DNA of 64,000 nucleotides from a phage: sequence record PZ386976.1; one strand, given 5' to 3'. Below, in pieces: positions 11,412 to 21,226 of this stretch. The position numbers and the translations under genes are program-made. The first letter of the stretch is position 1. Each line of letters opens with the position of its first letter. The notes below the pieces were generated by a model, which saw only the letters and a list, made by a program, of their open reading frames with translations, was not told the origin of the DNA and did no database searches.

Positions 11412-11612
11412 ATGAAGATGAGAGTAAAAGACAATTTTAAAGTTATTGACCACCGTTTAGTGGAACTCTCATCTCTTTCCAATGAGGTAATGATTGAACG
11501 CCTTAAGAGAGTTGAATCACGAAGGAAAGAGATTGCAGATGAAATTCATGAACTGGACAAGATTGAAAATGGATTGAAGGCAGAACTACAACGAAGAGGT
11601 GCTAATGTCTAA
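11412..11612 (+). CDS. hypothetical coiled-coil protein
   Basis: 66 aa ORF. Confidence 0.35.
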   Translation: MKMRVKDNFKVIDHRLVELSSLSNEVMIERLKRVESRRKEIADEIHELDKIENGLKAELQRRGANV

Positions 11613-13590
11613 AGGTCGTAAATTGAAAGAGGCTGGTCAGTTTATTGGTCATTGTGCATGTCCACGTTGTGGTTCATCAGATGCTGGTTCAATCTATCAT
11701 CATGACGATGATTCTTATTCGATGACTTGCTTTAGCTGTAACAAAGGTTTCCCAGAGTGGGATTTTGATAAAGGACAAATCGTGAGCACTTATTCTACTG
11801 GTTCAGATAACAAAAACCGTACTTTCCGTGGAATGGATTTAGACGATGTAAAAGAAAACCTAGAAGCAATGGACTTGAAAGACAGGAAGATTCCTGCAAA
11901 AGTCCTTGAACGCTTAGGTATCAAGGTTGACATTGATAGTGATGGTGAAATTGATGCACATTTCTATCCAACTTACAAACGTAATGAGGATGGCAAGCTA
12001 GAACATGTTGGCTACCGTGTTCGTCACCGTTACCCAGAAGACCACCCAAAAGAACATCTACGTGGAAAGTTAAAAGACTTTTCAGGTGGTGTTGGAGACA
12101 TTAAAGGTGAACTGGCAATGTTCGGTTCATGGATTGCTCCAGAAGGTGGTAACCGTCTATTCATCTGGGAAGGTGAGATGGAATGTGCGACAGCAATCTA
12201 TATGACTTCTCTTGCGATTAAGGACAAGTCTCGTCGTAAGAATTACTGTCACGTATCTGTTCCATCAGGTGCAAACATCAAGTCTATCAAAGACAACTAT
12301 CAGTACATTACATCATTTGATGAGATTTACTTGTGCTTTGATAATGATGAAGCAGGTGCTAAAGCTACCAAAGAGGCTGCTGGTATCCTACCTATTGAGA
12401 AGGTTCGTTTATTCCAGTATCCAGAAGGTGTAAAAGACCTTAACGAGTGGTGGACAAAGTTCTATAAAGAGAAAGACACAGTTCTGGAAGGATTTAAGCA
12501 GCGTATCTACAATGCACCTCGTTACTGCCCTGCTGGTATCAAGAACTTCGCAGATGGTTTTGAGGCAATGAAGAACCGTGGTCAGATTCCATTGATTCCT
12601 TTCCCAGAATCTTTCGGAGATTTGAACAGGTTGACTTATGGTGGTTATGGTTTAGGTGAGATTACAACTATTGCAGCACCATCTTCAGTAGGTAAGTCAG
12701 CTTACACTCGTGAGATGATTTATTCAGCTTGGAAAGAAACTGATTATAATATCGGTGTAATTCCTGTAGAAGATACCTATGAAGAGTTGATGGAGATGCT
12801 CTGTGCAATCCACCTGAGCAAACAGATTTCTGAGATTCCTTATGATGAACGAGATTGGGATGAATTAAAAGGAGCACACGCAGAACTATCTAAAGGTCGT
12901 CGTATCCATATCGTTGACCATCAAGGGGCAATTGACCAAGATAACCTGCTGGAATTTGTTGACTATCTTGTTAATAGTTTAGACTGTAAGATTATCATTC
13001 TTGACCCTATTACGTTGGCTCTGTCACGTTCAGATACGGATGAAGAGGAAGTTTTGTCTGAGCTATTGCGTCGTTGCAAACGCTACCAGTATGCACAGGT
13101 GAACGTCTGTCACGTTCGTAAGAGTGCAGGTGGTCAGAAGGCTAATTCTGAAGGTGGGGATATCTCTGAAGAGGATATTAAAGGTTCTGGTGCGTATTTC
13201 CAGATTTCTATGAACAACATCCTGTTAATGCGTAACAAGGTTGACCCAGACCCTGTTAAGAAAAACTTGACAAAAATCAAGCTAACTAAGTGTCGTCGTC
13301 ATGGTAAGTCAACAGGTATTGCTGGTCATACTTGGTACAATCCAGACACAGGACGTCTTATCAAAGCTTCTGGATGTGGTGTTGACATTGATGGTGCAGC
13401 AGAAAATATCCGTCAACAGTTTGGTATTGGTGAAGCTGAAGACCATTATGACGACTCTTTACCTCATTATGAAGATGAAGTGTTTGACCGTGAGACTGGT
13501 GAAGTCTATACTGAAGAACAGCGTCAAAGCTCAACGATTCCACCTGTATTAAGTGAGGATGCAGATGACTGCCCGTTTGAAACTGAGTGA
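11599..13590 (+). CDS. DNA primase-helicase (T7 gp4-like)
   Basis: N-terminal zinc ribbon CxxC...CxxC, central primase-like region, C-terminal Walker A-like APSSVGKS. Confidence 0.75.
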   Translation: MLMSKGRKLKEAGQFIGHCACPRCGSSDAGSIYHHDDDSYSMTCFSCNKGFPEWDFDKGQIVSTYSTGSDNKNRTFRGMDLDDVKENLEAMDLKDRKIPAKVLERLGIKVDIDSDGEIDAHFYPTYKRNEDGKLEHVGYRVRHRYPEDHPKEHLRGKLKDFSGGVGDIKGELAMFGSWIAPEGGNRLFIWEGEMECATAIYMTSLAIKDKSRRKNYCHVSVPSGANIKSIKDNYQYITSFDEIYLCFDNDEAGAKATKEAAGILPIEKVRLFQYPEGVKDLNEWWTKFYKEKDTVLEGFKQRIYNAPRYCPAGIKNFADGFEAMKNRGQIPLIPFPESFGDLNRLTYGGYGLGEITTIAAPSSVGKSAYTREMIYSAWKETDYNIGVIPVEDTYEELMEMLCAIHLSKQISEIPYDERDWDELKGAHAELSKGRRIHIVDHQGAIDQDNLLEFVDYLVNSLDCKIIILDPITLALSRSDTDEEEVLSELLRRCKRYQYAQVNVCHVRKSAGGQKANSEGGDISEEDIKGSGAYFQISMNNILLMRNKVDPDPVKKNLTKIKLTKCRRHGKSTGIAGHTWYNPDTGRLIKASGCGVDIDGAAENIRQQFGIGEAEDHYDDSLPHYEDEVFDRETGEVYTEEQRQSSTIPPVLSEDADDCPFETE

Positions 13591-13846
13591 TAGCTATAAA
13601 AGAGAGGGGTTCATACCCTTCTTTGAAGAAAAAAGTTTAAATGAATTTCAGGAAGAGTGTTTGACAAAGGTTGATAGGTTCTATAGAATGCTCTACATGA
13701 AATGTGATGGAGGCGTTGAGGTAGAAGAAAAGTTCCATCACAGTATGATAACAGTCACTATTACTATACCTCGACATAATATTGGTTGGCTGTTTATAAT
13801 TAAAGAAAATGTGTTTGAATATCAAGTATATCGGAGAATATCATGA
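13553..13846 (+). CDS. hypothetical protein
   Basis: 97 aa ORF overlapping end of primase-helicase. Confidence 0.3.
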   Translation: MRMQMTARLKLSDSYKREGFIPFFEEKSLNEFQEECLTKVDRFYRMLYMKCDGGVEVEEKFHHSMITVTITIPRHNIGWLFIIKENVFEYQVYRRIS

Positions 13847-13999
13847 AACACTCTAAAGCATTTGAACAAGTTTTTGGGGATTCCTTAAAAGCCACTGCTG
13901 GTAAACCAGCAAAATACTATGAAGAGAAGCGTGTAAGAACTGGAAAAACTGCACGTAAAGCAGCTTCTAAAGATAAGCACAACTTCCAGTAATTAATGT

Positions 14000-14028
14000 T
14001 TGACAATAGAGTATCAACAAATTAGAAT
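14000..14028 (+). promoter_or_regulatory. sigma70-like promoter (TTGACA-17-TAGAAT)
   Basis: ttgaca at 14000-14005, 17 nt spacer, tagaat at 14023-14028, upstream of SSB-like gene. Confidence 0.4.
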
Positions 14029-14064
14029 TGGTACTCTTCATAAATTGAGATAGAGGTTTAAATA

Positions 14065-14922
14065 ATGTCTAAAGTTGTTAAAATGAAAGCTCCGGTAGAG
14101 AAGTACAATGGTACTGAACGTCAAACTCTGCGTTACCTTCTGAAAGATGTCTGGTTTTATTACCTGAACACTTCACCACGTCCGGGAAAAGGCAAGTCCA
14201 TTGATAAGAAATTCCCAGGCAAAGACTGTAACTACAGCGTTTCAATTCTGGCAGAAGATGGTAACAAGCTGTTTAAAGAGTTTACTAAGTCTAAGAAAAA
14301 TCCAGAAGGTTGGGATAAAGTTACTACTGAAGCAGTTGATGCAGATGACTTCGAAGAGAAGTTTGGTTGCAAACCACCATTTGAAGCAGATACTTACTAC
14401 ATCTTGAAAGTAAGTCGTGCAGCAGCTTATAAAGATGGTGCTGTGTGGACAGCTAAACAGTCATTCCCTGTTATGCTTATTGAAGAAGTAAATGGTAAGC
14501 GTGTAGCTGTTAAACAGCCGATGAAGAAAATCAAAGCTCAAGCATCTGATAAACATGAAGATGACAAGAACTATGATGTAATTCATCCAGATATTGCAGT
14601 TGGTAACGGTTCTTTTGGTAGTGTGATTCTTTCTACTCACTTCTACACTTTTGAGAACAATGTTCTGACAAAACCTATTCAGGAACAGTTTATCATTGAT
14701 ACTCTTGTACCTTACACTGGTGGTAATGGTGCTAATGGCGAACCTGAACTGGATGAAGACGAACTGGCTATGCTTGGTCTTGATGGTGTTGAAGATAACG
14801 GTGAAATCACTGAAGAAGACGCAACAGACCACAAACCTTCGAATCACTCTGATGATGGCGATGATGAAGACTTGCCAGACCCAGATGACGAAGAAGATGA
14901 AGACTTCGATACAGAAGACTAA
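14065..14922 (+). CDS. putative single-stranded DNA-binding protein (T7 gp2.5-like) with acidic C-terminal tail
   Basis: 285 aa; long Asp/Glu-rich C-terminus; position between primase-helicase and FEN. Confidence 0.45.
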   Translation: MSKVVKMKAPVEKYNGTERQTLRYLLKDVWFYYLNTSPRPGKGKSIDKKFPGKDCNYSVSILAEDGNKLFKEFTKSKKNPEGWDKVTTEAVDADDFEEKFGCKPPFEADTYYILKVSRAAAYKDGAVWTAKQSFPVMLIEEVNGKRVAVKQPMKKIKAQASDKHEDDKNYDVIHPDIAVGNGSFGSVILSTHFYTFENNVLTKPIQEQFIIDTLVPYTGGNGANGEPELDEDELAMLGLDGVEDNGEITEEDATDHKPSNHSDDGDDEDLPDPDDEEDEDFDTED

Positions 14923-14984
14923 TCTCTAAAAGTTACTTTAAAGCCCTGTACTTAGTATGGGGCTTTTTCATATGGAGAGTCACA

Positions 14985-16031
14985 ATGGAGAAGTATACGC
15001 TAACAAAACTTCCCGATTCAGTTACACATGTCTTTATTGACTCTGACAGTATTGCCTATAAAGGTGCTTGTGTAGTTGAGAAAGCAAAATATAAATACGT
15101 CAATAAACTCACAGCAGAAGAATCTGAATCATTTGATAATGCAAAAGATGCTGCAAGATGGTTAACAGACCAGAGAATCTTTGTGGAAGAGCTTGGCCTA
15201 ACATTTGATGAAGATGAATGGGAAAGACAGACTTGGAAAGAAGCTAAGAGTGAAAAAGAAGCTATCATGGCTACTCAGCAGGTTCTTCAGGAATGGCTTA
15301 AGGTTGTTGGTAAAGAAAGAACTTGGGTAGGTTACTTAACAGAGAAGGGTGTACATAAACATAAAGACATTAAAGGTCTTGAGCACCAATATCAAGGTAA
15401 CCGTAAAGAGGCTATCACACCAACACACTTAGTCGCTTGTCGTGAATACCTTCTGTCAAGACCAGAGTTCAAATTGATTCTTGATGGATTTGAAGCTGAC
15501 TCTATCGTGATTGCTAAAGCTGAAAAGATGGGTAAAAAGGCTGCCTTAATGAGCATTGATAAAGACCTTCGCCAAGCTGAAGGCACTTACTGCATTGATA
15601 TGACCTATGAAAAATCACCTTTAATCTTCATTGCTGATAACAACGTTGGTGAAATTTGGGATTGTCCAATAAAATCGACACCAAAAGCTAAGAAGACAGT
15701 TGGGGTAGGTTTTAAATTTCTTTGCTATCAAGCTGTGGCTGGCGACAATGCGGATAATTATTTTGGTTTAAAGGGTGTTGGTAAAGCTACTGTGATGAAG
15801 GCTCTTGAAGGGAAAACAACTTACAAAGAGTGTCTTGATGCTATCTATGAACTTTATGCTAAGAAAGAGTCCTACACTTATGTCTCGTGGGATGGTCAAA
15901 CAGTTACCAGAACACCTTTAGAACTAATGCAGCAACACTTCTTCTTAGCTTATCAGGAAAGAAATAAGAAAGATGATTTTACTTTTGATAAGTATGGGTG
16001 GACACCAAATGTTAACTCAACAAACTCTTAA
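14985..16031 (+). CDS. 5'-3' exonuclease / flap endonuclease
   Basis: acidic metal-binding clusters FIDSDSIAY, GFEADSIV, AVAGDNADNY and helical-arch GLKGVGKAT. Confidence 0.7.
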   Translation: MEKYTLTKLPDSVTHVFIDSDSIAYKGACVVEKAKYKYVNKLTAEESESFDNAKDAARWLTDQRIFVEELGLTFDEDEWERQTWKEAKSEKEAIMATQQVLQEWLKVVGKERTWVGYLTEKGVHKHKDIKGLEHQYQGNRKEAITPTHLVACREYLLSRPEFKLILDGFEADSIVIAKAEKMGKKAALMSIDKDLRQAEGTYCIDMTYEKSPLIFIADNNVGEIWDCPIKSTPKAKKTVGVGFKFLCYQAVAGDNADNYFGLKGVGKATVMKALEGKTTYKECLDAIYELYAKKESYTYVSWDGQTVTRTPLELMQQHFFLAYQERNKKDDFTFDKYGWTPNVNSTNS

Positions 16032-16500
16032 AGAGTACCTACATTATGACCCCGAAACAGGGGTCTTTACTTGGATTAAGAAATCTGCTAGACACACAAA
16101 AATTGGCTCTGTTGCAGGTACAAACTTAAGAGGGTACACCAGAATTTATTTGTTTGGTAAGGGTTATTATGCACATACCCTAGCCGTTCTGTATATGGAT
16201 GGATACCTACCTGAGTGTGTTGACCATAAAAATCATGTAACACTAGACAATCGCTGGGTAAATCTTAGGGCATGTACGTTATCAGAGAACCAATGTAATA
16301 GGTTGCTCAATAAGAACAATAAATCAGGTGTTAAAGGTGTGTACTACAAAAAACAGTATGGTAAGTGGTCTACACAGATAACTTTTAAGAAGAGGGTCTA
16401 CTTCTTCGGCAACTATGACACTATTGATGAAGCAGCAGAGGTTGTAAATAGGGAACGTCAACGTTTACACAAAGAGTTTGCTAATAAAGGTGATGAATGA
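16009..16500 (+). CDS. free-standing HNH homing endonuclease with AP2-like DNA-binding domain
   Basis: HNH_3-like VDHKNHVTLDNRWVNLRACTLSEN and AP2-like SGVKGVYYKK...YFFGNYDTIDEA; ORF 15973.. trimmed to internal Met. Confidence 0.6.
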   Translation: MLTQQTLKEYLHYDPETGVFTWIKKSARHTKIGSVAGTNLRGYTRIYLFGKGYYAHTLAVLYMDGYLPECVDHKNHVTLDNRWVNLRACTLSENQCNRLLNKNNKSGVKGVYYKKQYGKWSTQITFKKRVYFFGNYDTIDEAAEVVNRERQRLHKEFANKGDE

Positions 16501-16997
16501 GAAAAATAAAAGGTTTTGGCAATTGCCCTGAATATGGACATTGGGTTTCACTATGTGGTGAAGTTGACCCAGCAAAGCACTTTGGCTTTGTCTACCTAGT
16601 GTACTGCAAAAAGACTGGACAGTACTATTTGGGTAAGAAACAGCTTAATAGTGTGACCAAAAGGAAAGTTGCTGGGAAGACTCGGAAGAAGGTAGTCACT
16701 AAGGAAAGTGATTGGATGACTTATGAAACTTCTTCTGAGTATATTAAAAAAGATATCGAGAGCTTTGGAAAAGAATTTTTTGACTTTTACATTATCCAAA
16801 CCTACTACACAAAAGGTGGCCTAGTCTATGGTGAAGCAAACCTTCAACATAAATTCGATGTAATGACAAAAAGGATTGACTCGAAGCTCAGACTCTTCTA
16901 CAATGCCAATATTGCAGCAATTAAGTTTATTACTAAAGAAACTTATGAAGATGTTGAAAAAAGAATCCATAAGGTAATGAAAGCAAATTGTGCTTGA
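16497..16997 (+). CDS. putative GIY-YIG-like endonuclease
   Basis: GIY/YIG-like elements FVYLVY...GQYYLGKK; weak. Confidence 0.35.
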   Translation: MRKIKGFGNCPEYGHWVSLCGEVDPAKHFGFVYLVYCKKTGQYYLGKKQLNSVTKRKVAGKTRKKVVTKESDWMTYETSSEYIKKDIESFGKEFFDFYIIQTYYTKGGLVYGEANLQHKFDVMTKRIDSKLRLFYNANIAAIKFITKETYEDVEKRIHKVMKANCA

Positions 16998-17020
16998 TAA
17001 CTATTGAGAGAGAGAATAAA

Positions 17021-17269
17021 ATGTTTAACAAAAGCAAAGCTGTGAGCCATGTAGCAAAAGTTGATAGCAAGATTGAAGAACTTGAGCGCATTCTTGCAAA
17101 TGCCAGAGAGTCAATAATCAAAGAAGTTGAAGCTGTTGAATCTCAAATGCAGCACCTAATGCTTAAACGTCAAGAGCTACGTGAGCATCTAGAATATATT
17201 GAAACACGAGAGCTAAAGGTTAACAAATATTTTAAGGAGTCCGAATGTTTAACTCAAGAGAATCAGTAA
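17021..17269 (+). CDS. hypothetical coiled-coil protein
   Basis: ORF 16988.. trimmed to Met with RBS gagag. Confidence 0.4.
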   Translation: MFNKSKAVSHVAKVDSKIEELERILANARESIIKEVEAVESQMQHLMLKRQELREHLEYIETRELKVNKYFKESECLTQENQ

Positions 17270-18000
17270 AAAACTGGAACCTTCGTTGTGGAAACACTCA
17301 AAAGCAACCTTACAGTAATGAGTATTGGGAATCTTTAAAATCTCAATCTCTGTGTATGCTTGAAGAAGCAAAAGAGCTTGTAAAAGCAATTGAAGAGAAA
17401 GACCCCATTGAGACACTGGATGCTCAGGCAGATTTGCAATATGTTCTTGACGGATTGATTTATCTGTCACAACATGACCATAACGGTGCTATGAAAGCTG
17501 TTTGCCATAATAATGACCTGAAGTACACAGATGACTATGAAGAAGCTTTAAAGCGTCTTGCAGATATTGAGAAGCGTACTGGTCAAGAGTGTATTATCAG
17601 AATGTCAGTAGTTGATGGTAAAGAGTGGTATGCGATTGTTCGTGCAGCCGATGGGAAGATTATGAAGCAATCAAATCTCCCTAAAGTACAGCTTGGTGAA
17701 TACATTGTAGAACTTGAAAGCCAAGAACTTTTTGTGGTAGTATCTGAGACATGCGTTATCTGCAAAGGTATTGTAGGTAGCTTAAAGGATTTGGGTGTAG
17801 ATGGTTTTGTAGAAGTTAATCCAATTACCTCTAAAGCAGATAAAGACTTCTGTAAAGAGAATGGGCTATGGATTGCAGATATTGTCTACTATGATGGTGA
17901 GCAGTTCCATGTAACCTCATACCCGAAACTGAATTATGATGCTAATAACCTGAAGTGCTGGTTAAAAGGGGTTGGTTATAATGGATTCACAGAACATTAA
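17245..18000 (+). CDS. hypothetical protein
   Basis: 251 aa ORF with RBS aaggag. Confidence 0.45.
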   Translation: MFNSRESVKNWNLRCGNTQKQPYSNEYWESLKSQSLCMLEEAKELVKAIEEKDPIETLDAQADLQYVLDGLIYLSQHDHNGAMKAVCHNNDLKYTDDYEEALKRLADIEKRTGQECIIRMSVVDGKEWYAIVRAADGKIMKQSNLPKVQLGEYIVELESQELFVVVSETCVICKGIVGSLKDLGVDGFVEVNPITSKADKDFCKENGLWIADIVYYDGEQFHVTSYPKLNYDANNLKCWLKGVGYNGFTEH

Positions 18001-18304
18001 TAAAGAGGGTGTGGCTCAGAAGAGCCACTTCTCAAACTACAATATTTCTATGACGGTGTTTATGAATGACCCGTTACTTGAAAAGTATGGTGAGACTCCA
18101 GATACACTTCTGGATAATGAACAAGTTTTAAAAGCAGTCCTGTACAAATATGGGATTGATATTGAGAAAGAGTATTCCTTTGAAATCTGCCAACACAGGA
18201 ACACTTTCGGTAAAGTTGTGATGGCTCCACTCTTTATGGGTGTAGAAAGGACTGACTATGGTTGGTTGTATCTAAAAAGAAACTTGGAGAAATACCGTGT
18301 CTAA
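17972..18304 (+). CDS. hypothetical protein
   Basis: 110 aa ORF, start uncertain. Confidence 0.3.
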   Translation: MVIMDSQNINKEGVAQKSHFSNYNISMTVFMNDPLLEKYGETPDTLLDNEQVLKAVLYKYGIDIEKEYSFEICQHRNTFGKVVMAPLFMGVERTDYGWLYLKRNLEKYRV

Positions 18305-18632
18305 AGCAAAAAAGCTATCTTATGATGACATTATATCAGGTGCTAAGTTAGGTGTTGACAGTATCGGACAAGACGTTAAGCACGGAGACACAGTTATGTA
18401 CTGTGATGACCGAAGAGGTAGAAGTGCAATCTTGTTTGGGAGAATTGTTTGCAAGATGCGAGGTAATTACGTTGTTGCAGACATGTATGTGAACGTTACA
18501 CAAAAGCTTGAAACAATTATGGATGCTAATACACCATCATGGTTCCTGAATTGTATGCACACTTCTTCAGTCACAAAGGTAAGTGATAAGTTTTACGATA
18601 TGTGGCAGAATGAGCAAATTTTCAAGATTTAA
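18297..18632 (+). CDS. hypothetical protein
   Basis: GTG start with RBS ggaga. Confidence 0.4.
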   Translation: MSKAKKLSYDDIISGAKLGVDSIGQDVKHGDTVMYCDDRRGRSAILFGRIVCKMRGNYVVADMYVNVTQKLETIMDANTPSWFLNCMHTSSVTKVSDKFYDMWQNEQIFKI

Positions 18633-18636
18633 ACTA

Positions 18637-18660
18637 GGGAGCCTCTTCGGAGGCTCTTTT
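18637..18660 (+). terminator. rho-independent terminator
   Basis: gagcctc-ttcg-gaggctc followed by TTTT. Confidence 0.5.
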
Positions 18661-18678
18661 CATCTGTAGGATTCAAAA

Positions 18679-20913
18679 ATGATTAAGACAATTAAAAAAT
18701 CAAACGGTACAGTAGTAAGCTTTGACCCAGAAAGACCGAATAAGTGGGCATCATGGGCAGATAAGCATGGTATTATCTGGTCAGAAGTCACTATGGAAGC
18801 CTTGAAACGTGTCTATGAGGGTTGCACTACAAAAGAGATGCACCAAGCCATGATTGATGTTTGTGTTGATAAACAAACTCAAGAGCACTCAGATATGGCT
18901 GGACGGCTACTTCTAGGGATTATCTACAAAGAAGCCTTTGGAGGCTTTACTAAGGTTCCTACGCTGGTTACCTTCGTTAAAAATATGGAGAGAGCAGGAC
19001 TTTGGGAGAAGATGGACTATTCTCAGGAAGAGCTTGAATACCTGCAAGGGTACATTGTGCACTCAAAAGATATCTCTTATGGTTATGCAGTCCTGAAACA
19101 GTTCAGAGACAAGTATGGTATCCGTGATATTAAAACGGGAAGACTTTTTGAGTCACCACAATTTATGTTTATGGGTATGGCTATGAAAGCCTTTGAGAAG
19201 CAACCAAAGCACCGTAGACTGCAAGATGTTATCAAGCTGTACACTTACCTATCTGACCTGAAGATTAACGCTCCTACACCTTATTTAAACGGTTTAAGAG
19301 CAACTAAATCAGGCTATGCGTCATGCTGTTTGATTAAGGCAAATGACACTGCCGAATCTCTCGGTATTGCTGCAAAGGTTGCTTATGACATGACTACAAA
19401 GCAAGCTGGTATCGGGATGCTGATGGAGACTCGCACTATTGGTGATGGTATCCGTCAAAACACGATTGAGCACATGGGTAAGCTGCCTTATTATAAGCTT
19501 GTACGTTCATCTGTAGAGGCAAACAAACAGAAGAGTCGTGGTGGTTCAGCTAATAACTTCTACACTGCTCTAGACCCGCAGATTGAAGATTTACTGCGTT
19601 TGAAGCACCCTACAACGGTTCCTTCTAAACGTATTAATGAGATGGACTACTCATTCGGCACAAACGATTATTTCTGGCAGTGTGTTCAGTATGATACGGA
19701 TTGGTTGCTATTCTCTTACAAAGATGCACCAAAACTCTATGACATGTTCTACACAGCATCTGCTGATGAGTTTGCTATGGCAGTTGGTCACGCAGTACAT
19801 TCAGGAGTTAAGCACAGACGAGTAAAGGCTCGTGAAATTGCCAAGCTGTTTATTCAACAGCGTTATGCTACAGGTCGTGTGTATCCATTCTTCACTAACA
19901 ATGCGAACACACATACACCATTTAAAGAACCATTGAAGATGTCAAATCTTTGTATGGAAATTGTGTTGCCAGTGTATGGTTTTGAGAAAGAGACAGACCT
20001 TTACAGAGACGATGCTGTGAAAGAGGATGGTGAGGTGGCTCTTTGCTTCCTAGCTAGTTTGGTTGCAGGGAGAATTTCAGAAGATGAATACGCTGACGTT
20101 GCTTATTATGCTCTTGCAATGGTTGACTCCGTTATTGACCTTATGGATTATCCGTATCCGTCGATGCGTAACCATGTTCAGAAGCGTCGTTCTGTTGGGA
20201 TTGGCCTTACAAATGTGGCTCATTACCTTGCGAAGAACTACGTGAACTACTCTTCACGAGCAGGTAAAACGAAACTTCATGAACTGGCAGAGATGCACTC
20301 TTACTATCTGCATGAAGCCTCTCTGAGACTTGCTAAAGAGCGTGGCGTTCCAGAATACATGAAGTTCACTAAGTATCCTGAAGGCTGGGTTCCTCCAAAG
20401 ACAGCTAACAAGAAGATTGATGAAAAGCATGATGCAAAACTACGATATGATTGGGATGACTTAGCACAACGTATCAAAGAAAATGGTGGAATCCGAAACT
20501 CTGTATTAGAAGCTTACATGCCTAATGAGAGTTCTTCACTGGCAACCAATACGACAAATGGCTTGTATCCAATTCGTGACTTTATTTTAACTAAAAAGTC
20601 TGCAACTGGTAACGTACTGTTTATTGTTCCAGATTATGAAGAGCTAAAGTATGTCTATGAAATTGCTTGGGATATTGACACCTTTGATATGATTGATTGT
20701 TATGCAATTGTTCAAAAGTTCACTGGTCAAGCTATCTCTTCAGACTTCTATGTTGACTATGCAAAGTCTAAGAAGGTATCATTGTCTCAAGCTCTGAAGT
20801 ACATGATTTATGCCAACTCAGTAGGTATGAAAACCATGTACTACCTTAACAGTCGCATTGGTGTAGGTAAATCTGCACTGCAAGATGCTTATTGCGAGGG
20901 TTGTGGTGTTTAG
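18679..20913 (+). CDS. nrdA: ribonucleotide reductase class I large subunit
   Basis: 744 aa; ATP-cone-like N-terminus and catalytic NLCMEIVLP region. Confidence 0.85.
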   Translation: MIKTIKKSNGTVVSFDPERPNKWASWADKHGIIWSEVTMEALKRVYEGCTTKEMHQAMIDVCVDKQTQEHSDMAGRLLLGIIYKEAFGGFTKVPTLVTFVKNMERAGLWEKMDYSQEELEYLQGYIVHSKDISYGYAVLKQFRDKYGIRDIKTGRLFESPQFMFMGMAMKAFEKQPKHRRLQDVIKLYTYLSDLKINAPTPYLNGLRATKSGYASCCLIKANDTAESLGIAAKVAYDMTTKQAGIGMLMETRTIGDGIRQNTIEHMGKLPYYKLVRSSVEANKQKSRGGSANNFYTALDPQIEDLLRLKHPTTVPSKRINEMDYSFGTNDYFWQCVQYDTDWLLFSYKDAPKLYDMFYTASADEFAMAVGHAVHSGVKHRRVKAREIAKLFIQQRYATGRVYPFFTNNANTHTPFKEPLKMSNLCMEIVLPVYGFEKETDLYRDDAVKEDGEVALCFLASLVAGRISEDEYADVAYYALAMVDSVIDLMDYPYPSMRNHVQKRRSVGIGLTNVAHYLAKNYVNYSSRAGKTKLHELAEMHSYYLHEASLRLAKERGVPEYMKFTKYPEGWVPPKTANKKIDEKHDAKLRYDWDDLAQRIKENGGIRNSVLEAYMPNESSSLATNTTNGLYPIRDFILTKKSATGNVLFIVPDYEELKYVYEIAWDIDTFDMIDCYAIVQKFTGQAISSDFYVDYAKSKKVSLSQALKYMIYANSVGMKTMYYLNSRIGVGKSALQDAYCEGCGV

Positions 20914-20968
20914 TTTTAACAACTATGAGGGTCGTAAAAGACCCTCTAAAAATAACTTTGGAGAGACC

Positions 20969-21226
20969 ATGAAAGATTTAATAGAAAAACATGAGCGGCC
21001 TATATACTTGCTCCACAAGCCTCGGAAAACGATGTACTATGTGAGTAGCACAGATATGATGATAAAACAAAATGATGACTCATGGGTTGCTGGTATCTCT
21101 TACATCTCTACAGCAGATGGTAAAATCTACGCAAGACCTTATGAGATGTTTAACAAAGAAAATTGGGAAGTTTTAGACAGAAAACAAGCCTTAGAAATGA
21201 TAAAGAAAGGAGAAATCACGCTATGA
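20969..21226 (+). CDS. hypothetical protein
   Basis: ORF 20885.. trimmed to Met with RBS ggagag. Confidence 0.4.
   Translation: MKDLIEKHERPIYLLHKPRKTMYYVSSTDMMIKQNDDSWVAGISYISTADGKIYARPYEMFNKENWEVLDRKQALEMIKKGEITL

Noticed and set aside
12212-13552. Internal ORFs within the primase-helicase gene (12212..12433 +, 12668..12877 -, 13301..13552 +, 13361..13543 -)
   Set aside because: All lie fully inside the 663 aa primase-helicase frame, which has recognisable motifs; there is no independent RBS or conserved-looking sequence.
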